A stretch of 64,000 nt of DNA from Candidatus Aminicenantes bacterium UBA647 (GTDB lineage Bacteria; Acidobacteriota; Aminicenantia; UBA2199). The notes under the pieces are model-generated. The model was not told where the DNA came from. It ran no database searches and saw only the letters and a list, made by a program, of their open reading frames with translations. The DNA is taken from contig DBOL01000029.1 of NCBI GenBank assembly GCA_002299555.1, positions 5,387-69,386 of the forward strand, read 5' to 3'. This document shows, one piece after another, positions 52,269 through 61,326 of the stretch. The translations under genes were made by a program, and so were the position numbers. How positions within the stretch are numbered: the stretch's first letter is position 1; each line of letters begins with the position of its first letter.

Positions 52269-53954
52269 ATGAAAGAGAAGAGCGCCCCCGGTTTGAACTT
52301 TATCGAATCGATAATCGAAAATGATCTGAAGAATGGGAAAAATGACGGGAATGTAGTAACCAGGTTCCCTCCTGAACCGAATGGATATATCCATATCGGG
52401 CACGCCAAATCAATATGTTTGAACTTCGGGATTGCCGGAAAACACGGTGGCGTCTGCAATTTGCGGTTTGATGATACTAATCCCGGAAAAGAGGATGTGG
52501 AGTATGTAGATTCTATCAAGCAGGATGTGAAATGGCTCGGATTCGATTGGGGAGAGAGGCTCTATTTTGCATCTGATTACTATGAGACTCTTTATGAATA
52601 CGCACTGAAACTGATAAAAAAAGGGAAAGCTTTTGTATGTGAGTTGACACCTGAACAAATAAGGGAATATCGAGGCACATTAACCGAGCCGGGGAAAGAG
52701 AGTCCTTTCAGAGAAAGGCCTGTTGAAGAGAGCGTTGAACTATTTAAAAAAATGAAGAGTGGAGATTTTGATGAAGGGAGTCATGTTCTCAGAGCAAAAA
52801 TTGATATGAAATCCGGGAACCTGAACATGCGTGATCCAGTGATCTACCGTATACTGAAAGCACATCACCACCGGACAGGAGACAAATGGGTGATCTACCC
52901 AATGTATGATTTTGCTCATGGCCAGTCTGACTCCATCGAAGGTGTGACCCATTCTCTTTGCACTCTTGAGTTTGAAGATCACAGACCTCTGTATGATTGG
53001 TTCATAAAAGAGTTGGAGATCTTTGCTCCCAGGCAGATCGAATTTGCCAGACTTAATCTTAACTACACGGTCATGTCCAAGAGAAAACTGCTTCAACTGG
53101 TAGAGGCCGGCCTTGTGTCAGGATGGGATGATCCACGAATGCCGACTGTATCAGGCCTCAGGAGAAGGGGTTTTACACCTGAATCAATAAGAGATTTTGC
53201 CGACAGGATAGGTGTTGCAAAAAGAGATAGTACAGTTGATATAGCTCTTCTTGAGCATTGCGTTAGAGAAGACCTGAACAAGAGAGCGAAAAGAGTGATG
53301 GGGGTTCTTGATCCTTTAAAAGTTGTGATCGAAAACTATCCTGAGGACAAGGAGGAAGAGCTTGAAGCCATAAACAATCCTGAGGATCCCGATTCAGGGA
53401 CAAGGATGGTTCCATTTTCGCGGGAGATATTTATTGAAAAAGATGACTTCATGGAAGATCCTCCAAAAAAGTTTTTCCGCCTGTCTCCCGGAAAAGAGAT
53501 CAGATTAAAGCATGCTTATTATATAAAATGCGTAGATGTGATAAAAGATGAAAATACCGGAGAGATACTTGAACTCCGATGCACATATGACCCGAAAACA
53601 AGGGGCGGATGGTCTGAGGATGGGAGAAAAGTAAAAGGTACTTCTCATTGGGTCTCTGCAAAGCATGCAGTTCCGATCGGTGTAATGATCTATGACCGTC
53701 TTTTTACTGAAGAAAATCCCGGAAGCAGTGATAAAGAACTTCCTGATCTTGTTAATCCGGATTCTTTAAATGTTCTTAATGGGTCACTGGGCGAACCTTC
53801 GCTGAAAAATGCTAAGCCCGGAGAATATTTCCAATTCCTACGGCAGGGTTATTTTTGTGTTGATGAAAAGCTTTCAAGTTCGGATAAACAGGTGTTCAAC
53901 AGAACTGTATCCCTCCGCGACTCCTGGGCAAAATTAGGGAAAAAAAGAGGGTAA
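52269..53954 (+). CDS. glnS: Glutaminyl-tRNA synthetase
   Basis: HIGH motif [14 protein letters not shown] and KMSKS-like VMSKR. The start is taken at ATG 52269 with a GGAG RBS; the ORF-track TTG at 52248 lies inside the promoter -10 element. Confidence 0.9.
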   Translation: MKEKSAPGLNFIESIIENDLKNGKNDGNVVTRFPPEPNGYIHIGHAKSICLNFGIAGKHGGVCNLRFDDTNPGKEDVEYVDSIKQDVKWLGFDWGERLYFASDYYETLYEYALKLIKKGKAFVCELTPEQIREYRGTLTEPGKESPFRERPVEESVELFKKMKSGDFDEGSHVLRAKIDMKSGNLNMRDPVIYRILKAHHHRTGDKWVIYPMYDFAHGQSDSIEGVTHSLCTLEFEDHRPLYDWFIKELEIFAPRQIEFARLNLNYTVMSKRKLLQLVEAGLVSGWDDPRMPTVSGLRRRGFTPESIRDFADRIGVAKRDSTVDIALLEHCVREDLNKRAKRVMGVLDPLKVVIENYPEDKEEELEAINNPEDPDSGTRMVPFSREIFIEKDDFMEDPPKKFFRLSPGKEIRLKHAYYIKCVDVIKDENTGEILELRCTYDPKTRGGWSEDGRKVKGTSHWVSAKHAVPIGVMIYDRLFTEENPGSSDKELPDLVNPDSLNVLNGSLGEPSLKNAKPGEYFQFLRQGYFCVDEKLSSSDKQVFNRTVSLRDSWAKLGKKRG

Positions 53955-53962
53955 AAAAAAAG

Positions 53963-53983
53963 GGCGGATCTCAGATCCGCCCC
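53963..53983. terminator. Bidirectional rho-independent terminator GGGCGGATC-tca-GATCCGCCC
   Basis: Perfect 9-bp stem flanked by A9 on the 5' side and a T-rich run on the 3' side. Lies between convergent glnS (+) and sat (-). Confidence 0.65.
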
Positions 53984-54007
53984 TATATAATTATTTTTGT
54001 TGTGTTG

Positions 54008-55201
54008 TTATTTTCCAGCTTCTGATCTGTAAAATTCACCGAGTATTTCTGCAACCTCAGGTCTTGAGAACTCCACCGGCAGTTTTTCACCGTTTGCGAG
54101 TAATTCTCTTACTTTTGTTCCTGAAAGAAATACCCAGTCGTCTCTGCCATGATCATCTACCGAGTTCATCATGATAACTTTGTTAAGCTTTTTTGACCAA
54201 GCTGTGTGATCCGCTTTGAATATCTCAATTTCGAGAGCATCTGCAGGAACTTCATCATCAAATATCTTCTGTGCATCAAAAGGTCCGTAATATGATCCGA
54301 CACCGGCATGGTCACGTCCGACTATCAGATGTGTGCATCCGCTGTTCTGTCTGAAAAGGGCATGAAGAACTGCTTCTCTAGGGCCTGCGTAGAGCATGTC
54401 AAATCCGTAACCTGTTATCATTACTGTATTCGGGGGGAAATAGAGGTCAACCATCTTTCTGATCGAGGCATCTCTTACCGGAGCAGGAATATCTCCTTTC
54501 TTCAATTTTCCCAGGAGCATATGGATAAGGATCCCATCTGCATTAACTCCGTCCTTTGCCATTTTACACAACTCTTCGTGAGCTCTGTGCATCGGATTTC
54601 TTGTCTGGAATGCGACAACCTTTTCCCATCCTGCTTTTTCGATCTCTTCTCTGATCTGGTATGCGGTTCTGAATGTTTCGGGGAATTCTGTCTCAAAGTA
54701 TGAAAAATTTAATACTTCGATAGGTCCTGAAACCATGAAGTTGCCAAGGCTTTCCCATATGGCAAGTCCGGGGTGTTCTTTATCGTCAGTTCCGTACACC
54801 TTATCGCCGATCATTTTTTTGTCTGTATCGGATAACTCCTCAATTGCTTTAACAGTCTGGATTGCGATGATCGGGTTCCCGTCCACATTAGGATCTTTTA
54901 AAGCGATCCTCTCTTTTCCTTTGATATCATCCACATTTTTAAGTAGATTTAGAACCGGGACCGGGAAGAAAATTCCATCTGCGGTATACATTTTTTCTGC
55001 AACTTTAATTGAATCGGAAAGATTCATATATCCCTTAAGCGGGTTAAAATATCCACTTCCGAGCATAACTGCATTAGCAGCAGCCTGAGAACTAATAACG
55101 ATCGAGGGTAAACTTGCAGCTTCTTTCAACAATTCATCTCTTTTATTACTATCCTGTACAAATAACGGATTTAAAGTATCTGAACCGTGCGGTTTGATCA
55201 T
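54008..55201 (-). CDS. sat: Sulfate adenylyltransferase (ATP sulfurylase)
   Basis: 397 aa with the QTRNPMHRAHE and GRDHAG motifs diagnostic of ATP sulfurylase. Confidence 0.85.
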   Translation of the reverse strand: MIKPHGSDTLNPLFVQDSNKRDELLKEAASLPSIVISSQAAANAVMLGSGYFNPLKGYMNLSDSIKVAEKMYTADGIFFPVPVLNLLKNVDDIKGKERIALKDPNVDGNPIIAIQTVKAIEELSDTDKKMIGDKVYGTDDKEHPGLAIWESLGNFMVSGPIEVLNFSYFETEFPETFRTAYQIREEIEKAGWEKVVAFQTRNPMHRAHEELCKMAKDGVNADGILIHMLLGKLKKGDIPAPVRDASIRKMVDLYFPPNTVMITGYGFDMLYAGPREAVLHALFRQNSGCTHLIVGRDHAGVGSYYGPFDAQKIFDDEVPADALEIEIFKADHTAWSKKLNKVIMMNSVDDHGRDDWVFLSGTKVRELLANGEKLPVEFSRPEVAEILGEFYRSEAGK

Positions 55202-55536
55202 AATATATCTCCTTTTTTTTGATTGTTTTCAATCAGATATAATAAAAATTTAAGGTGAATTATATACCAATACTCTCTAAACATCAACCATAGTTTGCCA
55301 GAGCAAGATGTTGAAATAATTATTCAGTTAATGTATCTATTAATCGAGACCGGATGTAAAAAGATACGCCCGGTTCCGCGGGAGAAATAGATGTCAGATC
55401 CAATCAGTAACCATTATGATAAAAACTGTTTTAATTGACAGGCCGTGTTTATGCGAGAATAGCACGTTCCAGATTTCAGGTTAGAGTGATTGCAGAAAAG
55501 AGAAAAATGCTTTGATATCACAGGAGAGTAAATGAG

Positions 55537-55875
55537 ATGGGGTCAAAACCAGAATTTGTTGAATTTGTTGTCGATCAGATAGATGATGCAGGAGAGATCA
55601 CTTACAAAAAAATGTTTGGTGAGTATGGGCTCTATGGTGATGGGAAAATAATGGCGCTTGTATGTGATGACCAATTGTTCGTAAAGCCAACAGAAGCAGG
55701 AAGAGCGTTTATTAAAGATGTGGTTGAATCCCCGCCCTATCCGGGAGCAAAGCAATATTTTCTTATAGAAGATCAGGTGGAAGACCGGGAGTGGCTCAGT
55801 GAGTTGATAAGGTTAACTGTTGCTGAACTTCCTGAGCCCAAGCAAAAAAAAAAAAAATCGAAAAAATCAAAATAA
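55537..55875 (+). CDS. TfoX N-terminal-domain protein with C-terminal poly-lysine tail
   Basis: 112 aa. KKMFGEYGLYGDGKIMALVCDDQLFVK matches the TfoX_N domain. The C-terminal tail PKQKKKKSKKSK is encoded by an A14 homopolymer at 55844-55857. Confidence 0.6.
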   Translation: MGSKPEFVEFVVDQIDDAGEITYKKMFGEYGLYGDGKIMALVCDDQLFVKPTEAGRAFIKDVVESPPYPGAKQYFLIEDQVEDREWLSELIRLTVAELPEPKQKKKKSKKSK

Positions 55876-55878
55876 AAA

Positions 55879-56640
55879 ATGCCGGATAATATTTTTCATA
55901 AAAATACAGAGAAGGCATTAGATCTTCTTTTGAACTCCTCCAGGATAACAGCTTTCACTGGTGCAGGTATTTCCGTAGAGAGCGGGATCCCGCCTTTTCG
56001 GGGGGAAGGTGGTTTGTGGGCGAAATATAACCCGGAAATTCTTGAAATAGGATATTTCCTGAAAAACCCTGAAGAATCATGGAGAATAATAAAGGAAATA
56101 TTTTATGATTTTTTCGGTAGTGCAAAACCCAACAAAGCTCACTTTGTGCTTGCGGAACTTGAGGAGATGGGCATACTCCACTCGATCATAACGCAGAATA
56201 TAGATAATCTCCACCATGATGCAGGCAGCAGGGAGGTTTATGAATTTCATGGTAATTCAAGAGATCTTGTATGTACCGGCTGTGGAGAAAAGGAGCTTAC
56301 ACAAAACGTGGATTTGTTGGTGTTACCCCCTAGATGCAAAAAATGTGATGCGGTACTAAAACCCGATTTTGTTTTTTTTGGTGAGCCGATACCGGAAACG
56401 GCCAACCTGAAAGCCTGGTCTGAAGTGGCCAATTCAGACCTTTTTTTAATAATAGGCACTTCGGGAGAGATCATGCCGGCTTCACTGATCCCAATGGAAG
56501 CAAAAAAAAGAGGTAAAAAAATAATTGAAGTGAATATTTCACCTTCAAACTTTACAAACGAAATAACTGATGCTTTCCTTAAAGGGAAAGCTACTGTAGT
56601 AATGGACAGTTTTTTAAAGGAAATAAAAAGATCTTGCTGA
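55879..56640 (+). CDS. cobB: NAD-dependent protein deacylase (Sir2/CobB family)
   Basis: 253 aa with the GAGISVESGIPPFRG, TQNIDNLH and HG motifs and a Cys4 Zn ribbon (CTGC...CKKC). Canonical short sirtuin. Confidence 0.85.
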   Translation: MPDNIFHKNTEKALDLLLNSSRITAFTGAGISVESGIPPFRGEGGLWAKYNPEILEIGYFLKNPEESWRIIKEIFYDFFGSAKPNKAHFVLAELEEMGILHSIITQNIDNLHHDAGSREVYEFHGNSRDLVCTGCGEKELTQNVDLLVLPPRCKKCDAVLKPDFVFFGEPIPETANLKAWSEVANSDLFLIIGTSGEIMPASLIPMEAKKRGKKIIEVNISPSNFTNEITDAFLKGKATVVMDSFLKEIKRSC

Positions 56641-56667
56641 ATTGCTATGTTTTTTAGGAGGTGCTAA

Positions 56668-56934
56668 ATGGCTGATCGTTTAACAGAAGAGCAAATTGAA
56701 AAAATCGTTGAAGAACTTGAAGCGGAAAACAAGATCGGTGCGATTAAAATATGCCGGGAGTTCACAGGTTGGGGATTGAAAGAGTCCAAGGAGTTTGTAG
56801 ATAATTATGTAAATGATCTAATTGAACGGGATCCCGAAAAATACAGCCATCTCTTGTCTGCCGGAAGCAGAGGGTGTTTCGGTGTAATGGCTGTTGTAGG
56901 ATTTTCTCTGGGAATAATTATTATACTTGTTTGA
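56668..56934 (+). CDS. Small membrane-anchored protein with ribosomal L7/L12 C-terminal-domain-like fold
   Basis: 88 aa. KIGAIKICREFTGWGLKESKEFVD parallels the L7/L12 CTD segment [24 protein letters not shown]. C-terminal hydrophobic helix CFGVMAVVGFSLGIIIILV. Strong AGGAGG RBS. Confidence 0.45.
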   Translation: MADRLTEEQIEKIVEELEAENKIGAIKICREFTGWGLKESKEFVDNYVNDLIERDPEKYSHLLSAGSRGCFGVMAVVGFSLGIIIILV

Positions 56935-57180
56935 AAAAATCGATATGGAGAATAGTAATTGAGATGCCCTGATCAATTAAGCCTGTTGCTTATCGGGGCT
57001 GAGTATAACAATGCTTTAACAAAGAGCAGTCTTGTAACTGCTCCATTCGGTTCAGGCTGCGGGCAATTATCAGCTTTGTGAATTGAGTGGGGATAGTTTT
57101 CTATATAAATCGTTCTGGAAAAGACTTAAAAAATCCAGAGTAAAAGCAGGACAATTAAATTAGTAGGTAAAGAGAAGAGA

Positions 57181-58461
57181 ATGGCACATAGAAATTTAAA
57201 AAAGGGGTATTCAGATTTGGTTGACAGGTTAAATCGTTTTCCTCAGGGAGCGCCTCCTTCAGATGTATTATTTAAGATCCTGAAAATGTTGTTCAGTGAA
57301 AAAGAGGCAGAGCTAGTCTCGTTATTACCGATAAAACCTTTTACTGCAGAGAAAGCCGGCAAAATTTGGAAGATGGATATGGTTTCAACCCAAAATATTC
57401 TTAATTTGTTGTCGGAAAGGGCAATTCTTGTTGATGTTGAACAAATTGGAGCGACGGTTTATACACTGCCTCCTCCGATGGCAGGTTTTTTTGAATTTTC
57501 ACTGATGAGGGTCAGAGGTGACATCGATCAAAAGTTGCTGAGTGAATTGTTTTATCAATATCTTAATGTCGAGGAAGAATTTATTAGAGAATTATTTACG
57601 AGGGGAGATACTCAGCTGGGACGTACATTTGTCCAGGAACCTGCACTATCAAAAAAAAATGCACTCCATGTTCTGGATTACGAAAGGGCCACAGAGGTAA
57701 TAAAAACTGCAAGCCATATAAGTGTCGGTATATGCTATTGCCGTCACAAAATGGAACATCTTGGTAAGGATTGTGATGCTCCGAAAGATATTTGCATGAC
57801 CTTTGGCAATACTGCAAATTCACTTGCCAGACATGAATTTGCCAAGGCAATTGATGAAGTGGAGTGTCTGGACCTTCTTCAGGTTGCATATGAAAATAAT
57901 CTGGTCCAATTTGGCGAGAATGTCAGAGAAAAAGTGAGCTTTATCTGTAATTGTTGCGGATGCTGCTGCGAAGCTATGATCGCAGCAAGAAAATTTGCAA
58001 TTCTTGATCCTGTACACACAACAAACTTTCTGCCTGTTGTAGATGAATCGGAGTGCAATGGGTGTGGACAATGTGTGATTGCCTGCCCTGTGGAAGCAAT
58101 GACCCTTATCTCCTTAAGTGATCCGGAAAAGCCAAATCAGAAGATAGCAAAACTGGACGAGGACCTTTGTCTCGGGTGTGGTGTATGTGTCAGGGTATGT
58201 TCTAAAGACAGTATTTCTCTTGAGTCGCGGCAAAAAAGAGTACTTACACCACTCAATGGTACTCATAGAACTGTCGTGATGGCTATTGAGAGGGGAAAGT
58301 TACAGCATTTGTTCTTTGATAACAGGGTGTTGTGGAGTCATAGAGCTTTGGCAGCAGTGCTTGGAGTAATTCTAAAACTTCCCCCGGTAAAGCAAATCAT
58401 GGCAAGCAACCAGATAAAATCCCGTTACCTTGAAAATTTGATAAATAGAAAAGTAAATTAA
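57181..58461 (+). CDS. Cys-rich iron-sulfur protein with two 4Fe-4S ferredoxin motifs
   Basis: 426 aa. A Cys cluster (ICYCRH...CDAPKDIC...FICNCCGCCCEAM) is followed by CNGCGQCVIACP and CLGCGVCVRVC, two CxxCxxCxxxCP ferredoxin motifs. Confidence 0.55.
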   Translation: MAHRNLKKGYSDLVDRLNRFPQGAPPSDVLFKILKMLFSEKEAELVSLLPIKPFTAEKAGKIWKMDMVSTQNILNLLSERAILVDVEQIGATVYTLPPPMAGFFEFSLMRVRGDIDQKLLSELFYQYLNVEEEFIRELFTRGDTQLGRTFVQEPALSKKNALHVLDYERATEVIKTASHISVGICYCRHKMEHLGKDCDAPKDICMTFGNTANSLARHEFAKAIDEVECLDLLQVAYENNLVQFGENVREKVSFICNCCGCCCEAMIAARKFAILDPVHTTNFLPVVDESECNGCGQCVIACPVEAMTLISLSDPEKPNQKIAKLDEDLCLGCGVCVRVCSKDSISLESRQKRVLTPLNGTHRTVVMAIERGKLQHLFFDNRVLWSHRALAAVLGVILKLPPVKQIMASNQIKSRYLENLINRKVN

Positions 58462-58502
58462 GATATTATAAATATTAAATTTTGTTTCTAATTGGAGAAA
58501 AG

Positions 58503-58877
58503 ATGAAATTTTGCACAGCAATAAATTGTATGGACGGGCGTGTCCAGCTACCTGTGATCGAATATCTGAAAAAAAAATACAGAGTAGAGTATGTTGATAT
58601 GATTACTGAGCCCGGGCCGAATAAAATTCTTTCAGACAGAACGGATCAGAAACTTATTGAATCTATTTTTGCCCGCGTCAAAATCTCTGTAGAGAAGCAT
58701 GGATCAAAACACATTGTGATTATAGGGCACCATGATTGTGCAGGGAATCCCACTGACGAGGAAAATCAGAAAGCGCAAACACAGAATGCAATTAATGTAA
58801 TTAAAAACAAATTTCAAAATGTAGAAGTTATCGGTCTCTGGGTCAACAAGAATTGGGATGTGATCGAGATTAACTGA
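58503..58877 (+). CDS. Small protein with beta-carbonic-anhydrase-like Zn-ligand motifs (CxDxR ... HxxC)
   Basis: 125 aa. CMDGRV and VIIGHHDCAGNP mimic the beta-CA CxDxR / HxxCG ligand pattern, but the protein is much shorter than canonical beta-CAs. Start is ATG 58503 with a GGAG RBS. Confidence 0.4.
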   Translation: MKFCTAINCMDGRVQLPVIEYLKKKYRVEYVDMITEPGPNKILSDRTDQKLIESIFARVKISVEKHGSKHIVIIGHHDCAGNPTDEENQKAQTQNAINVIKNKFQNVEVIGLWVNKNWDVIEIN

Positions 58878-58982
58878 TCTATCTTCAGTAAAAGTGAACA
58901 ACTTTTTTATTTAATAAAATACTTGAAAAAGCAAAACCAATCGTTTAACATACCCAACTTGGTAACATTAGGAGAAATTTAA

Positions 58983-59483
58983 ATGAATACAAATATAAAA
59001 AGCAATTTGAGAGCAAATGCTCTTGCAGACAGGTTGGAACAGGGAGCAGCAGCACTTGTTGCTTTTGCAGAAAAAATGTCAGATTCAGAATGGAACAGAC
59101 CTCTTTCAGATGGAAAAAGAAAGCTGGGTGTTATTGTGCATCATGTAGCGAGTGTTTATCCGGTAGAGATAGAATTAGCACAAACTCTTGCTTCGGGACA
59201 GCCTATAACAGGTGCTACGAAAAAGGTGATTGATGATATGAACGCAAACCATTCAGCTGAATTTGAATTAGCAGGGAGGAAAGAAACTATTGACCTGCTG
59301 AGACAAAACAGCAAAGTTGCAGCGGATGCAGTAAGGTTGTTTAGTGATAAAGAGCTTGACAATGCTGCCACAGTCTCATTAAATGCAGATGCGCCTCTTA
59401 CCACTCAGTTCTTTATAGAAGACCATGCTCTCAGGCATAGTTATCATCATCTGGCACAATTGAGAGATACACTTAAACGTTAG
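58983..59483 (+). CDS. DinB/YfiT-like metal-dependent four-helix-bundle protein
   Basis: 166 aa, helical, with His residues spaced as in the DinB_2 family (VHHVAS...HSAE...HHLAQL). Confidence 0.5.
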   Translation: MNTNIKSNLRANALADRLEQGAAALVAFAEKMSDSEWNRPLSDGKRKLGVIVHHVASVYPVEIELAQTLASGQPITGATKKVIDDMNANHSAEFELAGRKETIDLLRQNSKVAADAVRLFSDKELDNAATVSLNADAPLTTQFFIEDHALRHSYHHLAQLRDTLKR

Positions 59484-59599
59484 AACCTGAATCTTAAAAG
59501 AATTGATAAAGATTCAGAATTGGGAATTAAATACATTTCTGATGTAAACAATTCCCCTGAATAGAATAATTTATTGTAGTAAAGAGAGAGGAGATAATT

Positions 59600-60532
59600 A
59601 TGAAGAAAAAAAAACAAAATATTAAAGTTGCTGCAGCACAGGCTGCTCCAGTTTATTTAGACAAAGATGCAACTATTAAAAAAGCGTGTTTTCTTATAGA
59701 AGAAGCAGCGAAAAAAGGAGCGGAACTAATTGTTTTTCCCGAGGCATTCATCCCGGGCTATCCTGACTGGGTATGGTTGATCCCCAATAGCAGATCTAAG
59801 GAACTAAACGATCTGTATCTTGAGCTGGTAAATAATGCAGTATCAAGTGGAGATGGATCGATAAAGGAATTGAGCAGAGTTGCAGAAGAAAACAATATAT
59901 ATGTTGTGATAGGTATAAATGAGATCAATAAAGAATCCAGTGGCGGGAGCCTTTACAACAGCCTTCTCTATATAAATGAGAAAGGAGGGGTAGAGGGAAT
60001 TCACCGGAAATTGATTCCAACTGGTGGTGAACGATTGGTATGGGCACGTGGAGATGGAAGTACACTTCACACATTTGAAACTTCAATTGGAAAACTTGGA
60101 GGTTTGATCTGTTGGGAAAATTTTATGCCCCTCGCCCGTCAGGCAATGTATGATGCGGGAGTTCAAATCCTGGCAGCCCCGACCTGGGACAAGAGTGATA
60201 ACTGGCTGATGAGTTTAAAGCATATAGCAAGAGAGGGGGGGATGTTTATTGTCGGGTCGTGTATGGCCCTGAGGATGGATGATATTCCGGAAAGACTTAA
60301 TTTTAAAACTCTTTATCCTGAGGGCAAAGAGTGGATAAATACTGGGAAAAGCTGCATAATTAATCCGAAAGGTGAGTTTATTGCAGGCCCTGCCGAAGGG
60401 AAAGAAGAAATTATCTATGCAGATATTGATTTGACTGAGATTATTGCTGCAAAAAGAATGTTTGATGTATCAGGGCACTATTCCAGACCTGATGTATTTA
60501 AATATTCAGTTGTAAAAGAACAATTAAAGTAG
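59600..60532 (+). CDS. Carbon-nitrogen hydrolase (nitrilase/cyanide hydratase branch)
   Basis: 310 aa with the catalytic triad contexts FPEAF (Glu), HRKLIPT (Lys) and GGLICWEN (Cys). Confidence 0.85.
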   Translation: MKKKKQNIKVAAAQAAPVYLDKDATIKKACFLIEEAAKKGAELIVFPEAFIPGYPDWVWLIPNSRSKELNDLYLELVNNAVSSGDGSIKELSRVAEENNIYVVIGINEINKESSGGSLYNSLLYINEKGGVEGIHRKLIPTGGERLVWARGDGSTLHTFETSIGKLGGLICWENFMPLARQAMYDAGVQILAAPTWDKSDNWLMSLKHIAREGGMFIVGSCMALRMDDIPERLNFKTLYPEGKEWINTGKSCIINPKGEFIAGPAEGKEEIIYADIDLTEIIAAKRMFDVSGHYSRPDVFKYSVVKEQLK

Positions 60533-60549
60533 AGCTTAGAAAGGATGAG

Positions 60550-60969
60550 ATGAAAAAACTGATTGTATCTGAAGGAACAAAAATCATTATCTTTGATGGA
60601 GTGTGTAATTTTTGCAATTGGGCTGTTAATTTTATTATAAAGCGGGATAAAGGAAATATTTTCATTTTTGCTGCTTCTCAAAGCAGGGCCGGGCAGGAGA
60701 TTATTCACAAGCACAAACTGGATGCAAAAGGATATGAAACAATAATACTGACAATAGATGGAGATATATTTGTAAAATCAGAAGCAGTGCTTGAAATATT
60801 CAAATATCTGAAAGGCGGATGGAAATATTTAAGAATTCTTAAAATATTTCCCCGGATATTCAGAGATCGGGGATATACGGTTTTTGCCAAATTCAGGTAT
60901 AAAATTTTCGGTAAACGTGACACCTGCATGGTGCCCATGGATGAACTAAAAAATCGTTTCCTGATTTAG
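60550..60969 (+). CDS. Thiol-disulfide oxidoreductase DCC (DUF393) family
   Basis: 139 aa. The N-terminal IIFDGVCNFCNWAVNF CxxC motif is typical of DCC-family proteins. Confidence 0.7.
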   Translation: MKKLIVSEGTKIIIFDGVCNFCNWAVNFIIKRDKGNIFIFAASQSRAGQEIIHKHKLDAKGYETIILTIDGDIFVKSEAVLEIFKYLKGGWKYLRILKIFPRIFRDRGYTVFAKFRYKIFGKRDTCMVPMDELKNRFLI

Positions 60970-61214
60970 TCAATCTGAACCCTTTTACTCTCTGCAATAA
61001 TTAGTTCGAAGAGTTCTCTGAGGAATGAGGGATCAATTTTTTCATCTGATGTATTCAATGCATTTAATATTACCTGCATTTCACGGGATTTATCTGTAAT
61101 TATTTCCTTGCTCTTTCCGATGGATTTTGAAACTTCCATCCGTTTGATAATTAAATTCACTATCTCACTATCTATCTTGTCTATTTCTTTTCTCAATTCA
61201 ATAATTGTTTTCAT
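60966..61214 (-). CDS. Chorismate mutase, AroQ class (or AroQ-fold isochorismate-pyruvate lyase)
   Basis: 82 aa. LRKEIDKIDSEIVNLIIKRMEVSKSIGKSK...REMQV...LFELIIAESKRVQ follows the AroQ helix-bundle consensus. Confidence 0.7.
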   Translation of the reverse strand: MKTIIELRKEIDKIDSEIVNLIIKRMEVSKSIGKSKEIITDKSREMQVILNALNTSDEKIDPSFLRELFELIIAESKRVQID

Positions 61215-61326
61215 GCTTTTATAGATGGATTATAGATTTATACTTTCCGGATGTCAAAGTGACCTGCAGGACTTTAGATTCAGTTGAATTAGAGATTTTC
61301 ATATGATATTATCGTTCATAATTTAA

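Noticed and set aside
55400-55536. c-di-GMP (GEMM) riboswitch upstream of the TfoX-like gene, by analogy with Vibrio tfoY
   Set aside because: No GEMM-I elements (GGCAAACC / GACGCAAAGC-type tetraloop-receptor hairpins) and no GEMM-II consensus were found by eye. Only weak 4-bp stems are present. Left as an open scan suggestion, not a call.
55879-56640. Possibility that the Sir2-domain protein marks a defence system (Thoeris ThsA-like, DSR, SIR2-HerA)
   Set aside because: The protein is short (253 aa). It retains the full catalytic motifs and the Cys4 Zn ribbon of housekeeping CobB sirtuins, and has no SLOG, TIR, HerA or Macro partner nearby. Called as a canonical NAD-dependent deacylase.
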